Below, piece by piece: positions 48,365-51,191 of a stretch of 51,191 bases of DNA. Within the stretch, counting starts at the first letter, position 1; each line of letters starts with the position of its first letter. Below the pieces are notes generated by a model, which was not told the DNA's origin, made no database searches, and saw nothing but the letters and a program-made list of their open reading frames with translations. Position numbers and translations under genes: made by a program. This stretch comes from Bacteroidales bacterium (GTDB lineage: Bacteria; Bacteroidota; Bacteroidia; Bacteroidales; CG2-30-32-10): contig JBEKEO010000002.1 of NCBI GenBank assembly GCA_050013795.1, positions 1-51,191 on the forward strand, read 5' to 3'.

Positions 48365-49306
48365 TCAATTCCCATTCTTCTTTGCCTCTTTCCTGAAATA
48401 CCCTCTCAATAAAAAGGTATGTTGAAGCGCTTCCAGGTCTATATTTAATTTTTTTGAACTGCTGTCTAAGTTGCTTATAGTTGCTTTTAAAGTAGTGCCT
48501 GTTTGTTCATCATGCAACAAAACTCCTAAAGGGCTCTTTGAATTAGCGCTCGCATCTTTCAGGTTATTAATGAACACTTTTGCAGTGTCGGCAACACTTT
48601 GTAAATGAAAGACAGAAGTTTTTAAAGAATTAAATACCACTGTATCTGTTACTAAGTTATTAGCCAATGTCCCTTTTTTGTTCAGCTTTTCACTGAAATT
48701 AGCGAGAGACGAAATGAGTATTTGTGCTTTAGCAGAAGCCGCCTGAAGTGAATTTGCAACGGAAGAAATACTGTAATAAATTGAATCATTGTTCATCAGC
48801 TTACCTATTGTTCCTTCACCGTTAGCCAGTTTTTTTGTAATAGCCAGAATATTTAGATTGCTTTGCTGGAAAGTTTTCATGATATCTTCTGTAGATAATA
48901 ATGTTTCATTAGAAAGCGTATCATCTTCTGAAATTTCTGGAGATTGAGCAGTACCGCCATAGATTACAAGAATTTTATTCCCGATTAAGCCATCAGTGCT
49001 TATTTTTACTTTGGCGTCTTGACGGATATATTGTTTTGATTCTATATCAATGTCCATGATCACTTTTACTTGCGACTTTCCGTGGAACTCCATTTTTTTT
49101 ACCGCCCCTATCTTTACTCCTGAGAACCAGATATTATTTCCTGATTTTAACCCATTCACATCGTTGAATATAGTTGAAATAGTCATTTTCTTTGAAAAGG
49201 TAGAGTGCAGGTTACCTATTGTCATTATTCCGCCTGCCAGGAATAATATTCCTACAATAATGAAAAGGCCAACTACTGTTGCACGCTTATTTACAGGTTC
49301 ATTCAT
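48365..49306 (-). CDS. mlaD: MlaD/MCE family protein (second copy)
   Basis: DVNGLKSGNNIWFSGVKIG, STDGLIGNK, GTIGKL. Confidence 0.9.
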   Translation of the reverse strand: MNEPVNKRATVVGLFIIVGILFLAGGIMTIGNLHSTFSKKMTISTIFNDVNGLKSGNNIWFSGVKIGAVKKMEFHGKSQVKVIMDIDIESKQYIRQDAKVKISTDGLIGNKILVIYGGTAQSPEISEDDTLSNETLLSTEDIMKTFQQSNLNILAITKKLANGEGTIGKLMNNDSIYYSISSVANSLQAASAKAQILISSLANFSEKLNKKGTLANNLVTDTVVFNSLKTSVFHLQSVADTAKVFINNLKDASANSKSPLGVLLHDEQTGTTLKATISNLDSSSKKLNIDLEALQHTFLLRGYFRKEAKKNGN

Positions 49307-49309
49307 GAT

Positions 49310-50080
49310 TTATTGTATAAAATTATAATTGAAAAAACTCTTTACCTGTTCGTCATTTGATTCAAATACTTCTTTAAATTTTCCGACCTTCAAAAATTTC
49401 CCGTCAATTAACATGGCTACCCTGTCGCCTGTTTCTTTTGCACAGGTAAGATCATGGGTAATAATGATGGAAGTAGTATTGTACATTTTCTGAACTTCAT
49501 TAATTAGTTTATTTATTTCTTCACACGTAGTGGGATCCAATCCTGAAGTGGGTTCGTCATACAACATAATCTCAGGTTTGAGAATTAATGTCCGTGCAAT
49601 TCCTATTCTTTTCCGTTGCCCCCCCGAAAGATCAGATGGCATTTCATTTGCTTTATCTTTTAAATCAACAGCATCCAGTACTTCTTCTATAGCTGTATTG
49701 ATTTCTGTTTTATCTAGGTTCTTCTTATTCATCGTTAATGGAAATTCGAGATTCTGACGCACATTCATACTATCATACAAAGCACTGCTCTGGAATGAAA
49801 ATCCAATCCGCAAGCGTAAAGCATCTAATTCTTTCCCGGTTAATTTATCAACCTCATTTCCCAGTACTTTTACTATACCTTTATCAGGAAGCAATAACCC
49901 GACAAGAATTTTAATCAGAACTGACTTTCCTGAACCTGAACGTCCTAGCACAGCCATATTTTCTCCTTTAAAAACATCCAGATTAATGTCATTTAAAACT
50001 TTCAACTCACCAAACGATTTATACAATCCTCTGATAGAAATAACTGGTTCTTGGTTTGTTTTTGTATCTTGTTTTTTCAT
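49310..50080 (-). CDS. mlaF: MlaF family ABC ATPase (second copy)
   Basis: GRSGSGKS, LSGGQRKR, YDEPTSGLDP. Confidence 0.92.
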   Translation of the reverse strand: MKKQDTKTNQEPVISIRGLYKSFGELKVLNDINLDVFKGENMAVLGRSGSGKSVLIKILVGLLLPDKGIVKVLGNEVDKLTGKELDALRLRIGFSFQSSALYDSMNVRQNLEFPLTMNKKNLDKTEINTAIEEVLDAVDLKDKANEMPSDLSGGQRKRIGIARTLILKPEIMLYDEPTSGLDPTTCEEINKLINEVQKMYNTTSIIITHDLTCAKETGDRVAMLIDGKFLKVGKFKEVFESNDEQVKSFFNYNFIQ

Positions 50081-50084
50081 TATA

Positions 50085-50879
50085 TTAAAAATACCTTATC
50101 CAGTTGGCTATTTGCACAATTACAACTTCTTCAACAAATATGAGGAACATGGAGAGAACAACTGCTTCATTGGCTGCTCTCCCGACACCCTGTGTTCCAT
50201 TCAAAGCATTATACCCTTTATAACAACCGATGATACCAATGGTGAATCCAAAAACAATTGATTTGATTATTGAAGAAAATACATCAAGGAAAGAGATTGA
50301 TGAAAATCCATTATTTAAGAATGTTATAATACTTGTAGTTTCATTGGAATGAATATTGAAATATGAACCCATAAGTGCCACAAAACCACAAAACAAGCTT
50401 AAAATCGGTATTGTGATAGTACAAGCGATTACGCGTGTAGCCACAAGGTATTTGAATGGATTAATAGCAGATACTTCCATCGCCTCTACCTGCTCTGATA
50501 CTTTCATCGAACCCAATTCAGCGCCAATGCTGGAACCTACTTTTCCGGCACAAATCAATGCGGTGATCAATGATCCTAATGCTCTCACTATAGCAATTAC
50601 CATTAGAGATGGCAACCATGAAGTGGCTCCAAATTCAGATAATGATGGTCTTGATTGTTTTGTGAAAACTATTCCTGTAATAAAACCTGTAAGCGCAATT
50701 AAGGGAAGTGATTTTACACCGATTTCATAACATTGGTTGATAATTTCACGCAAATGAAAAGGAGGATGAAAAGCTTCTTTAAAAAAACGAAGTACAAATT
50801 TGAAAGCTTTGGTAACACCAGTAAAATACCGGTCAATCCCTTTGGAGAATAAATATTTATATGGGGTAGAATTTTTCAC
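50085..50879 (-). CDS. mlaE: MlaE family ABC permease (second copy)
   Basis: GAELGSMKVSEQVEAMEVSAINP; GTG start. Confidence 0.9.
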   Translation of the reverse strand: MKNSTPYKYLFSKGIDRYFTGVTKAFKFVLRFFKEAFHPPFHLREIINQCYEIGVKSLPLIALTGFITGIVFTKQSRPSLSEFGATSWLPSLMVIAIVRALGSLITALICAGKVGSSIGAELGSMKVSEQVEAMEVSAINPFKYLVATRVIACTITIPILSLFCGFVALMGSYFNIHSNETTSIITFLNNGFSSISFLDVFSSIIKSIVFGFTIGIIGCYKGYNALNGTQGVGRAANEAVVLSMFLIFVEEVVIVQIANWIRYF

Positions 50880-50906
50880 AACTTATTAATAAAATAAGAA
50901 TTCCAT

Positions 50907-51191
50907 TCAGGATGCAATCAGTTTTTGAATTCCTTGTTCGGTCATCACATCATCCCTTGCTGCAATAATGCATTCAAGGACATGATCCATCACTTCAGTT
51001 GTTATATAGACATTCATAGGAAACATTTTAATAGCGAAGATCACGGCTTCACCATCTTTCATATCCCTGTTGTATTCCGCAGTACGGAAGCCTGTGCTGA
51101 AGCTGAGATAAGGCGTACAGTGTTCCTTTATTTTTTTACCGGAGCGAAACCATTCGAATAATTTATCTCCAATGGTGTGCGTAAACTTGTT
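50907..51191 (-). CDS. C-terminal fragment of a protein entering from the right edge, possibly a PLP-dependent decarboxylase
   Basis: Manual translation NKFTHTIGDKLFEWFRSG..PYLSFSTGFRTAEYN..IFAIKMFPMNVYITTEVMDHVLECIIAARD..IAS*; the frame is clear but the family call is tentative. Confidence 0.5.
   Translation of the reverse strand, partial: NKFTHTIGDKLFEWFRSGKKIKEHCTPYLSFSTGFRTAEYNRDMKDGEAVIFAIKMFPMNVYITTEVMDHVLECIIAARDDVMTEQGIQKLIAS

Noticed and set aside
50925-51161. 78-aa plus-strand ORF
   Set aside because: Shadow of the minus-strand partial CDS, which is co-oriented with the second Mla operon.

Overview
Bacteroidota (Bacteroidales-like) chromosomal window, judged from T9SS C-terminal sorting domains, TAnnTTTG promoters, a PorP/SprF gene and an alpha2-type GlyRS. 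It has three zones. (1) 1-14.5 kb: a tandem array of at least 5 T9SS cargo genes sharing near-identical CTD DNA (four also share signal-peptide DNA) around mostly unrelated cores, each CTD carrying the same in-frame 21-bp palindromic insert; then a module of stand-alone LytTR, a helical+FN3-like gene and a 21-bp tandem array; then a T9SS protein with a TPR-HK/NarL two-component system. (2) 14.6-22.3 kb: housekeeping genes (tRNA-Cys, folB, glnS, glyQS, ComF-family, tRNA-Ala). (3) 22.3-51.2 kb: a stress/envelope cluster downstream of tRNA-Ala (AI-2E, YtxH, lmo0937, CsbD, DUF6600, three DUF3494 ice-binding-like genes with a PorP and PorE-like pair, DUF748, two MlaEFD operons, YihY). Zone 3 is tied together by a 38-bp operator found 9 times, 8 of them at an identical distance from the -7 promoter element; one copy appears to drive an ORF-less ~90-nt transcript. 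All family assignments come from recognising motifs by eye, with no database search.
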